Part shown: in pieces, positions 1 through 10,100 of the stretch
Layout of the letters: the number at the start of each line of letters is the position of its first letter
How positions within the stretch are numbered: the first letter of the stretch is position 1
Source: an uncultured Actinomycetota bacterium
Lineage (GTDB): Bacteria; Actinomycetota; Actinomycetes; Actinomycetales; Microbacteriaceae
Assembly (NCBI GenBank): GCA_963709115.1
Contig: CAVPVF010000016.1
Location: 429,986 to 493,985, forward strand
Length of the DNA stretch: 64,000 nt
Reading direction: 5' to 3'
Made by a program: the position numbers and the translations under genes
The notes under the pieces: model-generated
Databases searched by the model: none
What the model was told of the DNA's origin: nothing
What the model saw: the letters and a program-made list of their open reading frames with translations, nothing else

Positions 1-606
1 TCGACATCCCCGTGCACCTCGCCGACCCCGAGCAGCTCGAGGCGATCACCGGCTACCGCGTGCACCGGGGGGCCCTCGCCGCATTCGAGCGGCCCGGCGC
101 TGCCCGACCCCGCCGTGCTGCTCGCGGACGCGCGCCGGGTGGTCGTGCTCGAGGACATCGTCGACCACACGAACGTCGGTGCGATCTTCCGCTCGGTCGC
201 GGCGCTCGGCGCCGACGCGGTGCTGGTGAGCCCGCGGTGCGCCGACCCGCTCTACCGGCGCAGCGTGCGGGTGAGCATGGGCACGGTGTTCCAGGTGCCG
301 TGGACCCGACTGCCCGAGTGGCCCGAGGCGGCAGCGGATGCTGCGCGCCCACGGCTTCTCGATCGCCGCCCTCGCCCTCGCCGACGGCGCGGTCTCGCTC
401 CGCGACCTCGCCGCCGACCCGCCCGAGCGGCTCGCGCTCGTGTTCGGCGCCGAGGGCGACGGGCTCAGCAGCGCACGCGCTCGAGGCCGCCGACCGCGTC
501 GTCACGATCCCCATGGCGCACGGCGTCGACTCGCTCAACGTCGCGGCCGCCGCGGCCGTCGTGCTCTACGCCCTCGCCGTCGATGCGCGAGGGCCGGGCG
601 CGATGA
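1..606 (+). CDS. TrmH/SpoU-family RNA 2'-O-methyltransferase, 5'-partial at the window edge; reading frame broken about 3 times
   Basis: Conserved SpoU segments appear in three different frames: VVVLEDIVDHTNVGAIFRSVAALGADAVLVSPRCADPLYRRSVRVSMGTVFQVPW, ERLALVFGAEGDGLS, and RVVTIPMAHGVDSLNVAAAAAVVLYAL. The stop TGA at 604-606 overlaps the next ATG (ATGA). Confidence 0.7.
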   Translation, partial: STSPCTSPTPSSSRRSPATACTGGPSPHSSGPALPDPAVLLADARRVVVLEDIVDHTNVGAIFRSVAALGADAVLVSPRCADPLYRRSVRVSMGTVFQVPWTRLPEWPEAAADAARPRLLDRRPRPRRRRGLAPRPRRRPARAARARVRRRGRRAQQRTRSRPPTASSRSPWRTASTRSTSRPPRPSCSTPSPSMREGRAR

Positions 607-1899
607 GCCCGGACCGTTCCGCGCCCGACGCGCGCAGCGCGTGTACCGCCGACGCCGCATCGTCGTGTTCGGCGCCCTCGCCCTGGTGCTCGCGCTGCTC
701 ACGACCGGCGGCGTTCTACACCGCGAACGCGCTCGGCGCGCCCATCCCCGCGGCCGCGCCCGCAGGTCACCGACCCCGACCCGATCGTCGCGGCGCCGCA
801 GGCGCTCGCGCTGCCGGGCTTCGGCGAGCTACGCGGTGGGCGCGGTCGGGTTCGACGGCCTGCTCGCCGCCGGCAACGAGCAGCAGCCCGATGCCGACGG
901 CGAGCATCACGAAGGTCATCACCGCGCTCGTGGTCCTCGAGCGACACCCGATCCCGGCGGGCGAAGGCGGCCCCGAGATCGCCTACACCGAGGCCGACGT
1001 CGACATCTACTGGGACATGGTCGCCCAGAACGGCGTCGGTGGCGCCCGTGCGCGCCGGGTCGACGCTCACGCTGCGCGAGAGCCTCGAGGCGATGCTGCT
1101 GCCCTCGGGCAACAACTACTCGATCTCGATCGCGAACTGGGCGTTCGGGTCGGTCGACGCGTTCCTCGAGCGCGCCCGCACCTGGCTCGACGAGCACGGC
1201 CTCGTCGAACACCCGCATCGCGGACTCGAGCGGCCTCTCGCTCGACAACGTGAGCACGGCCGCCGACCTCGTCGCAGCTCGGCAAGCTCGCGCTCGCAGA
1301 CTCCCGCCCTCGCCGAGATCGTGGCGACGCAGTCGGTCGACATCCCCGAGCTCGGCACGCTCGACGAACGGCAACAAGCTCCTCGGCACGCACGGCGTCG
1401 ACGGCATCAAGACCGGCACCACCGACGATGCCGCGAACCTGCTCTTCTCGGCGGACTACGCGGTGGGCTCGTCGACCGTGACGGTCGTCGGCGTGGTGCT
1501 CGGCGGCGAGACGCACGCCGTGCTGAACGAGCGCGATCGCCGCGCTGCTCGACTCGCGTCGCGCCCGGGTTCCACGAGGTGGCGCCGCTCGAGGCCGAAC
1601 GAGGCCCTCGCGGAGTACGACACCCCGTGGGGCGATACCGCCCGCGCGCGCACGACCGGCGGGGCATCCGTCGTCGTGTGGAGCGACACCCCGGTCGACG
1701 TCGAGGTGCACGCCGACCCGCTGACGCTCGCGGACCGCGGCGACGAGGTGGGCACGGCCGTCGTGCGCGCCGGCTCGCAGGAGATCACCGTGCCCGCTCG
1801 TGCTCGACGCCTCGCGATCGACGATCCGGGCACGTGGTGGCGCCTCACGAACCCCGGCGCGCTCGACGCCGCGGACGACTCAGTCGGGCGAGCGAGTAG
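603..1899 (+). CDS. D-alanyl-D-alanine carboxypeptidase (serine peptidase S11, PBP5/DacB-like); multiple frame breaks
   Basis: Segments ASITKVITALVVLERHP (SxxK), LLPSGNNYSISIANWAFGS (SGN) and GVDGIKTGTTDDAANLLF (KTG) carry the classic S11 active-site triad. The N-terminal TM/signal RIVVFGALALVLALL is present. The pieces are spread over three frames; the end could be anywhere in 1899-1930. Confidence 0.75.
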
Positions 1900-2675
1900 G
1901 GCCCGGCATCCGGTCGCTTCGCCGAGATGAGGTCGCCCGACGACTGGTGGCGGATGCGGCGGAGCACCCACGGCACGAGGTACTCGCGCGCCCACGAGAG
2001 GTCCTCGACGCGCGCCTGCCGCCAGGTGCCGGTGGGGAGCGGCTCGGGCTTCATCGGCTCGAGGTCGTTCTCGACGTTCAGCGCGGCGAGCACCATGCGC
2101 GCGACCGTGTGGTGGCCGAGCGAGTTGAGGTGCAGCCGGTCGGGGGACCACATGCGCTGGTCCTGGATCTCGGTGAGGGCCCACTGGTCGGCGACGATGC
2201 AGTCGTACCGCTTCGCGATCGTGCGGAGGTTCTCGTTGTAGATCGCCACCTTGCCGCGGATGCCGCGGAACACCGGCGAGAAGCCGACGTCGACGCCGGT
2301 GAAGATGACGATCGTGGCGTGGTCGCGGGACAGTCGCTCGATCGCGTACTCGAACCGCGCCGAGATCTCGTCGGGGTCGGTGCGGGGCCGGATGACGTCG
2401 TTGCCGCCCGCCGAGATCGTGATGAGGTCGGGGCGCAGCGCGAGCGCCGGCTCGAGCTGCTCGTCGATGATCTGCTGGATGAGCTTGCCGCGCACCGCGA
2501 GGTTCGCGTACGCGAAGTCCTCGGTGCCCTGCGAGAGCACCTCGGCGACGCGATCGGCCCAGCCGCGGTGGCCGCCGGGCACGGTCGGCTCGGGGTCGCC
2601 GATGCCCTCCGTGAACGAATCGCCGAGGGCGACGTAGCGGGACCAGGGATGCTGCTGCGTGACCATGCCCTCCAT
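1845..2675 (-). CDS. SGNH/GDSL-family hydrolase (lipase/esterase), intact
   Basis: Intact 276-aa ORF with the N-terminal GDSFTEG block (GDS motif), a GGND block and a DxxH-like C-terminus. Confidence 0.85.
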   Translation of the reverse strand: MEGMVTQQHPWSRYVALGDSFTEGIGDPEPTVPGGHRGWADRVAEVLSQGTEDFAYANLAVRGKLIQQIIDEQLEPALALRPDLITISAGGNDVIRPRTDPDEISARFEYAIERLSRDHATIVIFTGVDVGFSPVFRGIRGKVAIYNENLRTIAKRYDCIVADQWALTEIQDQRMWSPDRLHLNSLGHHTVARMVLAALNVENDLEPMKPEPLPTGTWRQARVEDLSWAREYLVPWVLRRIRHQSSGDLISAKRPDAGPYSLARLSRPRRRARRGS

Positions 2676-2731
2676 TGTGCCAAGCCGCTCCGGTTCGAGG
2701 ATGTCGGGCCCCTCCGCTACCCTCGAATCCA

Positions 2732-4539
2732 GTGAGCACCGCGACCCCCTCCGGCCACCAGCCGGGCACCTCGGCCGCCGAACACCTCTCCCCGTCGTTC
2801 CCCGAGCGGGCGGCTTGGGGCACCGCCAGCAAGCTGCGCGCCTGGCAGGCCGAAGCCCTCGAGCAGTACCTCGCCGAGCAGCCGCGCGACTTCCTCGCCG
2901 CCGCGACCCCCGGCGCCGGCAAGACCACCTTCGCCCTGCGCCTCGCCGCCGAGCTGCGGGCCCAGCGCGTCATCGACCGCATCACGGTCGTCGCGCCCAC
3001 CGACCACCTCAAGCGCCAGTGGGCGGATGCCGCGGCCCGCGCCGGCATCCGGCTCGACCCGGGGTTCCGCAACGCCCACGGCCAGAGCGCCCGGCACTTC
3101 CACGGCGTCGCCGTGACCTACGCGCAGGTGGCGATGCGGCCCGGCGCTGCACCGCGAGCTCACGATCTCGGGCCGCACCCTCGTGATCCTCGACGAGGTG
3201 CACCACGGCGGCGACGCGCTCTCGTGGGGCGACGCGATCCGCGAGGCGTTCGAGCCCGCGACCAGGCGGCTCTCGCTCACCGGCACCCCGTTCCGCTCCG
3301 ACACCGCGCCGATCCCGTTCGTGCACTACGAGCCCGACGCGCAGGGCGTGCGCCTCTCGAAGACCGACTACGACTACGGCTACGGGCGCGCCCTCGCCGA
3401 CGGCGTCGTGCGCCCGGTGCTCTTCATGATCTACGCCGGGCACATGCGGTGGCGCACCAAGGCCGGCGACGAGATGGAGGCGCGGCTCGGCGAGGACAAC
3501 ACGAAGGACATCACCTCGTCGGCCTGGCGCACCGCGCTCGAGCCGACCGGGCGAGTGGATCCCGGCGGTGCTGCAGGCCGCCGACCGCCGGCTCACCGAG
3601 GTGCGGCACGGCATCCCCGACGCCGGCGGGCTCGTGATCGCGACCGACCAGACCGTCGCCCGCGCCTACGCGCAGATCCTCGAGGGCATCTGCGGCGAGC
3701 CGGTCACGGTCGTGCTCTCCGACGAGAAGGAGGCGAGCGCGCGCATCGAGGAGTTCTCGGGCAACACGCGCCGGTGGATGGTCGCCGTGCGCATGGTGTC
3801 CGAGGGCGTCGACGTGCCGCGCCTCGCGGTGGGCGTCTACGCCACGAGCGCCTCGACGCCGCTGTTCTTCGCGCAGGCGATCGGCCGCTTCGTGCGCGCG
3901 CGCCGCCGCGGCGAGACCGCGTCGGTGTTCCTGCCGAACGTGCCGACGCTCATGAACCTCGCGGCGCAGCTCGAGCTCGAGCGCGACCACGCCCTCGACC
4001 GGCGCAGCGGCGACGGCGACGACGACGGACTCGACGACAGCCTGCTCGAGTCCGCGAACCGCGAGGAGCGCGCCTCGGAGGAGGCGGGGCTCGGCACGTG
4101 GGAGGCGATCGGGTCGGACGCCTCGTTCGACCGGGTGCTCTACGACGGCACCGAGTTCGGCACGCTCGCCGAGCCCGGCAGCGACGAGGAGTACGACTTC
4201 ATCGGCATCCCCGGACTGCTCGAACCCGAGCAGGTGTCCGAGCTCCTGCGGCACCGGCAGGCGCGGCAGGCCCGTCGGGCGGGGGAGCGGCGCAGGCACA
4301 CGGCCGACGACGAGGAGTCCGGCCGCGCCGAGCCGGTGGCGCTCTACCGCACCCTGAAGGAGCAGCGCTCGCTGCTCAACAGCCTCGTCGGGCTGTGGGC
4401 ACGGCACACCGGCGAGGCGCACTCCCAGGTGCACGCCGAGCTGCGCCGGGTGTGCGGCGGTCCGGCCGTCGCGCAGGCCACCGTGACCCAGCTGCAGGCG
4501 CGCATCGACCTGCTGCGGCGGCGGCTCGGCAGCCGCTGA
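2732..4539 (+). CDS. DEAD/DEAH-box superfamily-2 helicase (conserved actinobacterial ATP-dependent helicase, acidic C-terminal tail); 2 frame breaks
   Basis: Walker A TPGAGKTTFAL and DEVH box ILDEVHHGG are present, followed by SLTGTPFRSD (motif III-like). The helicase C-domain segment VIATDQTVARAYAQIL...MVAVRMVSEGVDVPRL is also present. The tail is Asp/Glu-rich. A GTG start at 2732 is in frame with the ORF beginning 2675. Confidence 0.65.
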
Positions 4540-4610
4540 CGCGATCGCCGCGAAGGCGGGCCGGATGCCGCATCCGCTCGCCCGTCCGTCGCCTGTGCGA
4601 GCATGGGCGG

Positions 4611-6042
4611 ATGGACCGTCGCACCCGGGTGCTCGTCGTCGCCATCGTCGTCTCGTTCATCGCGTTCCTCGACGGCGCCGTCATCAACGTGGCGCTGCCC
4701 TCGATCGCGGCCGAGCTCGGCGGCGGACTCGCCCTGCAGCAGTGGGCGGTGGACGCGTACCTGCTGACGCTCGGCTCGTTCATCCTGCTCGCCGGCTCGC
4801 TGTCGGACTCGTTCGGCCGGCTCCGCATGATCCGCATCGGCCTCTACGGCTTCGCCGCGACGTCGGTGCTCTGCGCGCTCGCGCCGACGGGCGTCGTGTT
4901 CGTCATCGGCCGAGCGCTGCAGGGAGGAGCGGGCGCCCTGCTCGTGCCGAGCTCGCTCGCGCTCATCATCGCCACGTTCCCCAAGTCCGAGCAGGGCCGC
5001 GCGATCGGGCGATGGACGGCGTGGACCACGAGCGCGTTCCTGATCGGACCGCTGTTCGGCGGGGTGCTGGTCGACCTCCTCTCGTGGCGGGCCGCGTTCT
5101 GGATCAACGTGGTGCCGATCGCGGTCGTCCTCGTGCTCATGCACGCGTTCGGGCGCGACGAGCCGAACCCGAACCGCGAGCGGATCGACTGGCTCGGCGC
5201 GGCGCTCGGCGTGATCGGGCTCGGCGGCACGGTGTTCGCCCTCATCGAGCAGGAGCGCTACGGCTGGGGTTCGCCGATCGTGTTCGTGCCGCTCGTCGTC
5301 GGCCTCGCCGCCCTCGTGGCGTTCGTGCTGTGGGAGCGACGAGCACCGCAGCCGATGCTGCCGCTCAGCCTGTTCGACGCCAGGAACTTCGCCGCCGGCA
5401 ACCTCGCCACCGTCTTCATCTACGCGTCGTTCTCGCTCGGGCCCTTCGTGATGACGATCTTCCTGCAGCAGACGGCGGGCTTCTCGGCGACGGTGGCCGG
5501 GCTCGCCACCCTGCCGCCCACGATCATGCTCGTGCTGCTGGGGTCGTGGTTCGGCGGCCTCTCGACGCGGTTCGGCCCCCGCATCTTCATGACGCTCGGC
5601 CCCATCCTCGTCGCGCGTCGGCTACCTGCTCACCCTCGGCGTCGAGCCCGACCTGAACTACTGGGTGCAGTTCCTGCCCGGCCTCATCGTCGTCGGACTC
5701 GGCATGGCGATGACCGTCGCGCCGCTCACCTCGGCGATCCTCGGGGCGGTCGATCCCGATCGCGCGGGCATCGGATCGGCCGTGAACAACGCGGTCGCCC
5801 GCATCGCGGGGCTCGTCGCGATCGCCAGCCTCGGCGTGATCGTCGGAACGCAGATCGACGTGACCGGGTACCACCGCGCGGCGATCGCCACGGCGGTCTT
5901 CCTCGTCATCGGCGGCGTCATCTCCTGGATCGGCATCCGCAACCCCGTGCCGACACCGGGTGCGACGGGCGCGACCCCGCGGCCGACGGCGTCGGCGCCG
6001 TCGACCGGATCGACGCACGTCCCGCCGCACACCGCCGAGTGA
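4611..6042 (+). CDS. MFS transporter (DHA2/EmrB-QacA-like, 14-TM drug:H+ antiporter type); 1 frame break near 5620
   Basis: MDRRTRVLVVAIVVSFIAFLDGAVINVALPSIAAELGG is the typical DHA2 N-terminus. Hydrophobic helices run throughout. The C-terminus continues in ORF 5665..6042. Confidence 0.75.
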
Positions 6043-6056
6043 GCGGCAGGCCGCGC

Positions 6057-7285
6057 TCAGCTCGTGGCGGTGCCCGCCTGCTCCGGCGCGACGAGCCCGA
6101 CGAGCTCGGCCGCCGCGTCGAGGGCGGCCATCAGGTCGTCGGTGAGGTCGTCGACGTGCTCGAGGCCGATCGAGAGCCGCACGACCGCGGCGTCCGGCTT
6201 CGCCTCGCCGGCGACCGGCCGGTGCGTGAGCGAGGCCGGGTGCTGCACGAGGGAGTCGACCCCGCCGAGCGACACGGCGTGGGTCACGAGCTCGCACGAC
6301 TCGGTGAACCGCGCCGCGGCGTCGTAGCCGCCCGCGAGCTCGAGCGCGATGATCGAGCCCGGGCCCGCGAGCTGCGTGCCGACGAGGCCGGCGGGGTCCT
6401 GCCCGGGCAGGCCCGGGTAGTGCACGCGCGCGACGGCCGGGTGCGCGAGCAGGCGCTCGGCGAGCACCCGGGCGGTCTCCTGCTGGGCGCGCACGCGCAC
6501 CGGCAGGGTGCGGAGGCCGCGGTGCAGCAGGTAGGCGGCCATCGGATGCAGCAGCCCGCCCGTGAGCGCGCGGACGCGGCGCAGCCGCTCCACCCACTCG
6601 CGGTCGGCGGCGACGACGCCGCCCATCACGTCGCCGTGTCCGCCGAGGTACTTCGTGGCGCTGTGCAGCACGAGCGTGGCGCCGAACTCGGCCGGACGCT
6701 GCAGCACGGGGGTGGCGAAGGTGTTGTCGACGAGCACGCGGCACGTCGCCCGCGGCATCCGCCACCTGTCGCAGGTCGAGCGAGCTCGAGCGTCGGGTTC
6801 GCGGGGGTCTCGACGACGACCAGGCCGGTGTCGGGCTCGATCGCCGCGGCGATGCCCGCGGCATCCGTCCACGTGACCCGCGTGCCGAGCAGGCCGCCCT
6901 CGAGCACGTGGTCGGTGCCGCCGTAGAGCGGGCGCACGGCGACGACGTGCGGCTTGCCGGCCGACGCGGTGGCGATGAGCGTCGCGGCGAGCGCCGCCAT
7001 GCCGCTCGCGAACGCGACGGCGCCCTCGGTGCCCTCGAGGCCGGCGAGGGACTCCTCGAAGCGGGCGACGCCGGGCTGCCAGAGCCGCTGGTAGACCGCG
7101 GAGCGCCCCTCGCCGAGGTCGTGGCCGGTGGCGAGCTCCTCGTAGGAGAGGCCGCCGGTCTCGACGGAGCCGAGCGGGTTGGTGGTGGAGAAGTCGATGA
7201 CGGGCACGTGGGATCCGCTCGCTCGGACCCCGGCCATGCCGCCGTGGACGGCGCGGGTCTCGAACTGCGACGACGATGTCTGCAT
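6057..7285 (-). CDS. Cys/Met-metabolism PLP-dependent enzyme (cystathionine gamma-synthase / O-succinylhomoserine sulfhydrylase family, MetB-like); 1 frame break
   Basis: N-terminal QFETRAVHGG, then an SATKYLGGHGDVMGGVV segment typical of the PLP-lysine region and a C-terminal GGVDSLVQHPASLTH. ATG start at 7285 found by ORF arithmetic. Confidence 0.8.
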
Positions 7286-7395
7286 GCCTTGAATGAAGCA
7301 GAACCTGTCACAAACAGCAACTCGGCCTGCACGATCAGTGCGATACACTCGAAATCTCGCAGCTTCTGCAATCCGATCCCGGGGGAGACCAACCC

Positions 7396-7872
7396 ATGGC
7401 GCAGAAACCCGAACTCGACCGCGTCGACCGCGCGCTGCTCCAGGCGCTCTCGACCAACGCGCGCGCCTCGGGCGCCGCACTCGCCGCCGAGGTCGGCGTC
7501 GCCGAGTCCACGGTATCGCTCCGTCTCCGCCGCCTGCAGAGCCTCGGCACCGTGCGCGGCTACCGGGTCGACGTCGACCTCGCCTCGCTCGGCGTCTCGC
7601 TGCAGGCGCTCATCGCGATCCGGCTCGTCAAGCACGACCGCAGCGAGATCGACGCGTTCCGCGCGCAGGTGCCGCACCTGCCCGGCGTGCTCGGCGTGTT
7701 CCACATGGCCGGCGCCGAGGACTACCTGCTGCACGTCGCCGCCCGCGATGCCGAGGAGCTGCGCGAGTTCGTGCTCGCGCACCTCACGGGGCATCCCGCC
7801 GTCGCGCACACCGAGACCAACCTGATCTTCGAGCACGTCGACGGCGACGGCTGGAACAAGCTCGTCGGCTGA
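7396..7872 (+). CDS. Lrp/AsnC-family transcriptional regulator, intact
   Basis: Intact 158 aa with an N-terminal HTH (LDRVDRALLQALSTNARASGAALAAEVGVAESTVSLRLRRL) and a RAM domain. It is divergent from the metB-like gene across a 110-bp low-GC intergenic region. Confidence 0.85.
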   Translation: MAQKPELDRVDRALLQALSTNARASGAALAAEVGVAESTVSLRLRRLQSLGTVRGYRVDVDLASLGVSLQALIAIRLVKHDRSEIDAFRAQVPHLPGVLGVFHMAGAEDYLLHVAARDAEELREFVLAHLTGHPAVAHTETNLIFEHVDGDGWNKLVG

Positions 7873-7947
7873 GGCGACGTGCCGCTCGGCGCGGCGGCGT
7901 GACCGTCGGCGGCCGACGCCGAGGCTCGCCGATCGGCCGCGGTCGGA

Positions 7948-9107
7948 TCAGCCGATCGTGGTGCCGAACGCGAGGCCGAGCAGGTAGGTCACCGCGGCGG
8001 CGCCGAGGCCGATGCCGAGCTGGCGCATCGCCCGCTTCATCGGCGACGCACCCGAGAGCAGGCCGACGGTCGCGCCGGTGGCGAGCAGCGCGATGCCCAC
8101 GAGCACCGTCGCCGTGATGATGGCGGCCGCGCCGTCGAGGCCGAAGATCCAGGGCAGCACCGGGATGAGCGCGCCCGATGCGAAGAACAGGAAGCTCGAG
8201 ATCGCCGCGGCGAGGCCGGTGCCGACCGCCTCGTCGTCGTGCGCGACCGACGGCGAGCGCGTCGGTGGGCGCCTGCACCTGGCCGGCGGCCTGCACGCGC
8301 GCCACGACGAGGGCGGCGTGCTCGCGCGCCTCGGCCTCGTCCATGCCGCGAGCCCGGTAGACGAGCGCGAGCTCGTTGGCGTCGATGTCGAGGTCGACGA
8401 GCGCCTCGCGGGTCGTCGGGTCGGGGGCGGATGCCTCGAGCAGCTCGCGCTGCGACCGCACCGACACGTACTCGCCCGCACCCATCGAGAGCGCGCCGGC
8501 GAGGAGGCCCGGCGATGCCGGTGAAGAGCACGACCGAGCGCGGGGACGCCCGTCGCGCCGATGCCGAGCACGAGCGCGAGGTTCGAGACGAGCCCGTCGT
8601 TCGCGCCGAAGACCGCCGCACGGAAGGTGCCGGCGAGCCGTCGCCGGCCGCGTGCGGCGAGCCCGCGCACGACCTCGCCGTGGATGCGCTCGTCGGCGGC
8701 CATCGCCGGGGTCGCGTCGGGGTCGGTCGCGTACGGCGATCGGGCCTCGGCGCGCTGGGCGAGGGCGAGCACGAAGATCGAGCCGAACCGGCGCGCGAGC
8801 GCGCCGAGGAGGCGCGTGCGCACGTCGGCGCGCGGGATGCCGGTCGTCGTCGCCGCCGAGCAGCGCGAGCCAGTGCGCCTCGTGGCGTCCCTCGGCGGCG
8901 GCGAGCGCGAGCAGGATCTCGCGCTCCTCGCCGTCGCGGCGCGCGGCGAGCTCGCGGTAGACCGCGGCCTCCGCGCGCTCGTCGGCGAGGTACCGGCGCC
9001 ACCTGGCCCGGTCGGCAGCGGTTCCCGTGCCGCTGCTCGTCGCTCATCTGCTCCACATCCCACTCGGGAGCCGCGGACGCTCGCCCGAGTCGCTCCCGCT
9101 CCGTCAC
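7948..9107 (-). CDS. VIT1/CCC1-family protein (iron/manganese vacuolar-type transporter domain) with N-terminal ferritin-like region; frame breaks
   Basis: C-terminal TM region DGLVSNLALVLGIGATG ... AAISSFLFFASGALIPVLPWIFG ... TYLLGLAFGTTIG is VIT-like. A GTG start at 9107 overlaps the stop of the upstream DUF3097 gene (GTGA). Confidence 0.6.
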
Positions 9108-10091
9108 GTCGCTGCCGCCTGCGCGGCCTCAGCCACGATATCGGCGCGCGCCGCGGCATCCGCCCGATTCGCCGGGATTGGCAGCATTTCGGAGCGCCGA
9201 AGCGCGGCGGCGGCGTCAGCGGCTCCTGCGGGCGCCGTGACGAAGTCGATGAGCTCCTCGACCCGGCCGAGCAGCGCGGGCTCGAGGTCGCCGTAGCCGC
9301 GCACCCGGCCGAGGATGCGCTGCCAGGCGCGCGCGATGTCGGCCTGGTCGGCGTGCGGCCATCCGAACGCCTCGCAGACGCCGTGCTTCCACTCGGTGCC
9401 GCGCGGGATCACCGGCCACGCCTCGCGGCCGAGGCGGGCCGGCTTCACCGCCTGCCAGACGTCGATGAACGGATGCCCCACGACGAGCACGTGCCGGCCG
9501 TGCGGGCCGCGCGCCACCGCGTCGGCGATGCGCTGCTCCTTCGAGCCCGGCACGAGGTGGTCGACGAGGATGCCGGCGCGTCGGCCCGGGCCCGGGCCGG
9601 AACTCGTCGAGCTGCTCGGCGAGCACGTCGACGCCCTCGAGGTACTCCACGACGACGCCCTCGACGCGGAGGTCGGCGCCCCAGACCTTCTCGACGAGCT
9701 CGGCGTCGTGCCGGCCCTCGACGAAGATGCGGCTGGGCAGCGCGACGCGCGCGTGCGCCGGCTCGACGGCGAACGACCCGGACGCGGTGCGGAGCCGCCC
9801 GGTGGGCGCCTTCGGCGTCGGCGCGACGAGCTGCACCGCCTCGCCGTCGACGAGGAAGCCGTGCCCGAGCGGGAACATCCGCTTCGCGCCCAGGCGGTCC
9901 TCGAGGGTGACCGTGCGCTTGTCGACCGCGACGACCGCGCCGCAGAACCCGTTCGCGGCGAGCTCGACCACGAGGTCGCGCTCGGCCTCGACGGTGGGGA
10001 TGGTGCGGCGGCCGCGCGCCCGCCAGTCGCCGGCGAGCACGTCGGCGCCGTAGCGGTCGGGTCCGTTCGGGTCGTGGGTCGCAGTCGGCAC
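9104..10091 (-). CDS. DUF3097-family conserved actinobacterial protein; 1 frame break near 9590
   Basis: N-terminus MPTATHDPNGPDRYGADVLAGDW...LVVELAANGFCGAVVAVDKRTVTLEDRLGAKRMFPLGHGFLVDGE. C-terminus LVDHLVPGSKEQRIADAVARGPHGRHVLVVGHPFIDVWQAVKPARLGREAWPVIPRGTEWKHGVCEAFGW. Confidence 0.6.
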
Positions 10092-10100
10092 CGGTCGAGG

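Noticed and set aside
3183-6926. 1247-aa ORF on the plus strand, and similar giants: 5587-7836(-), 12874-16701(-), 19777-21828(-), 47687-49657(-), 57205-60180(+), 61303-63924(-), 61530-63725(+)
   Set aside because: They are artefacts. High GC content suppresses stop codons on antisense and out-of-frame strands, and frame breaks fuse neighbouring genes. For example, 3183-6926 fuses the helicase middle, the MFS and antisense metB, and 57205-60180 fuses qcrB to the RlmA-like gene. The Arg/Pro/Ala-rich translations have no domain signatures.
8239-9240. 333-aa Arg-rich plus-strand ORF and neighbours overlapping the VIT gene
   Set aside because: They are antisense translations of a GC-rich membrane-protein gene. 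The composition is RRRARAP-like with no domain features.
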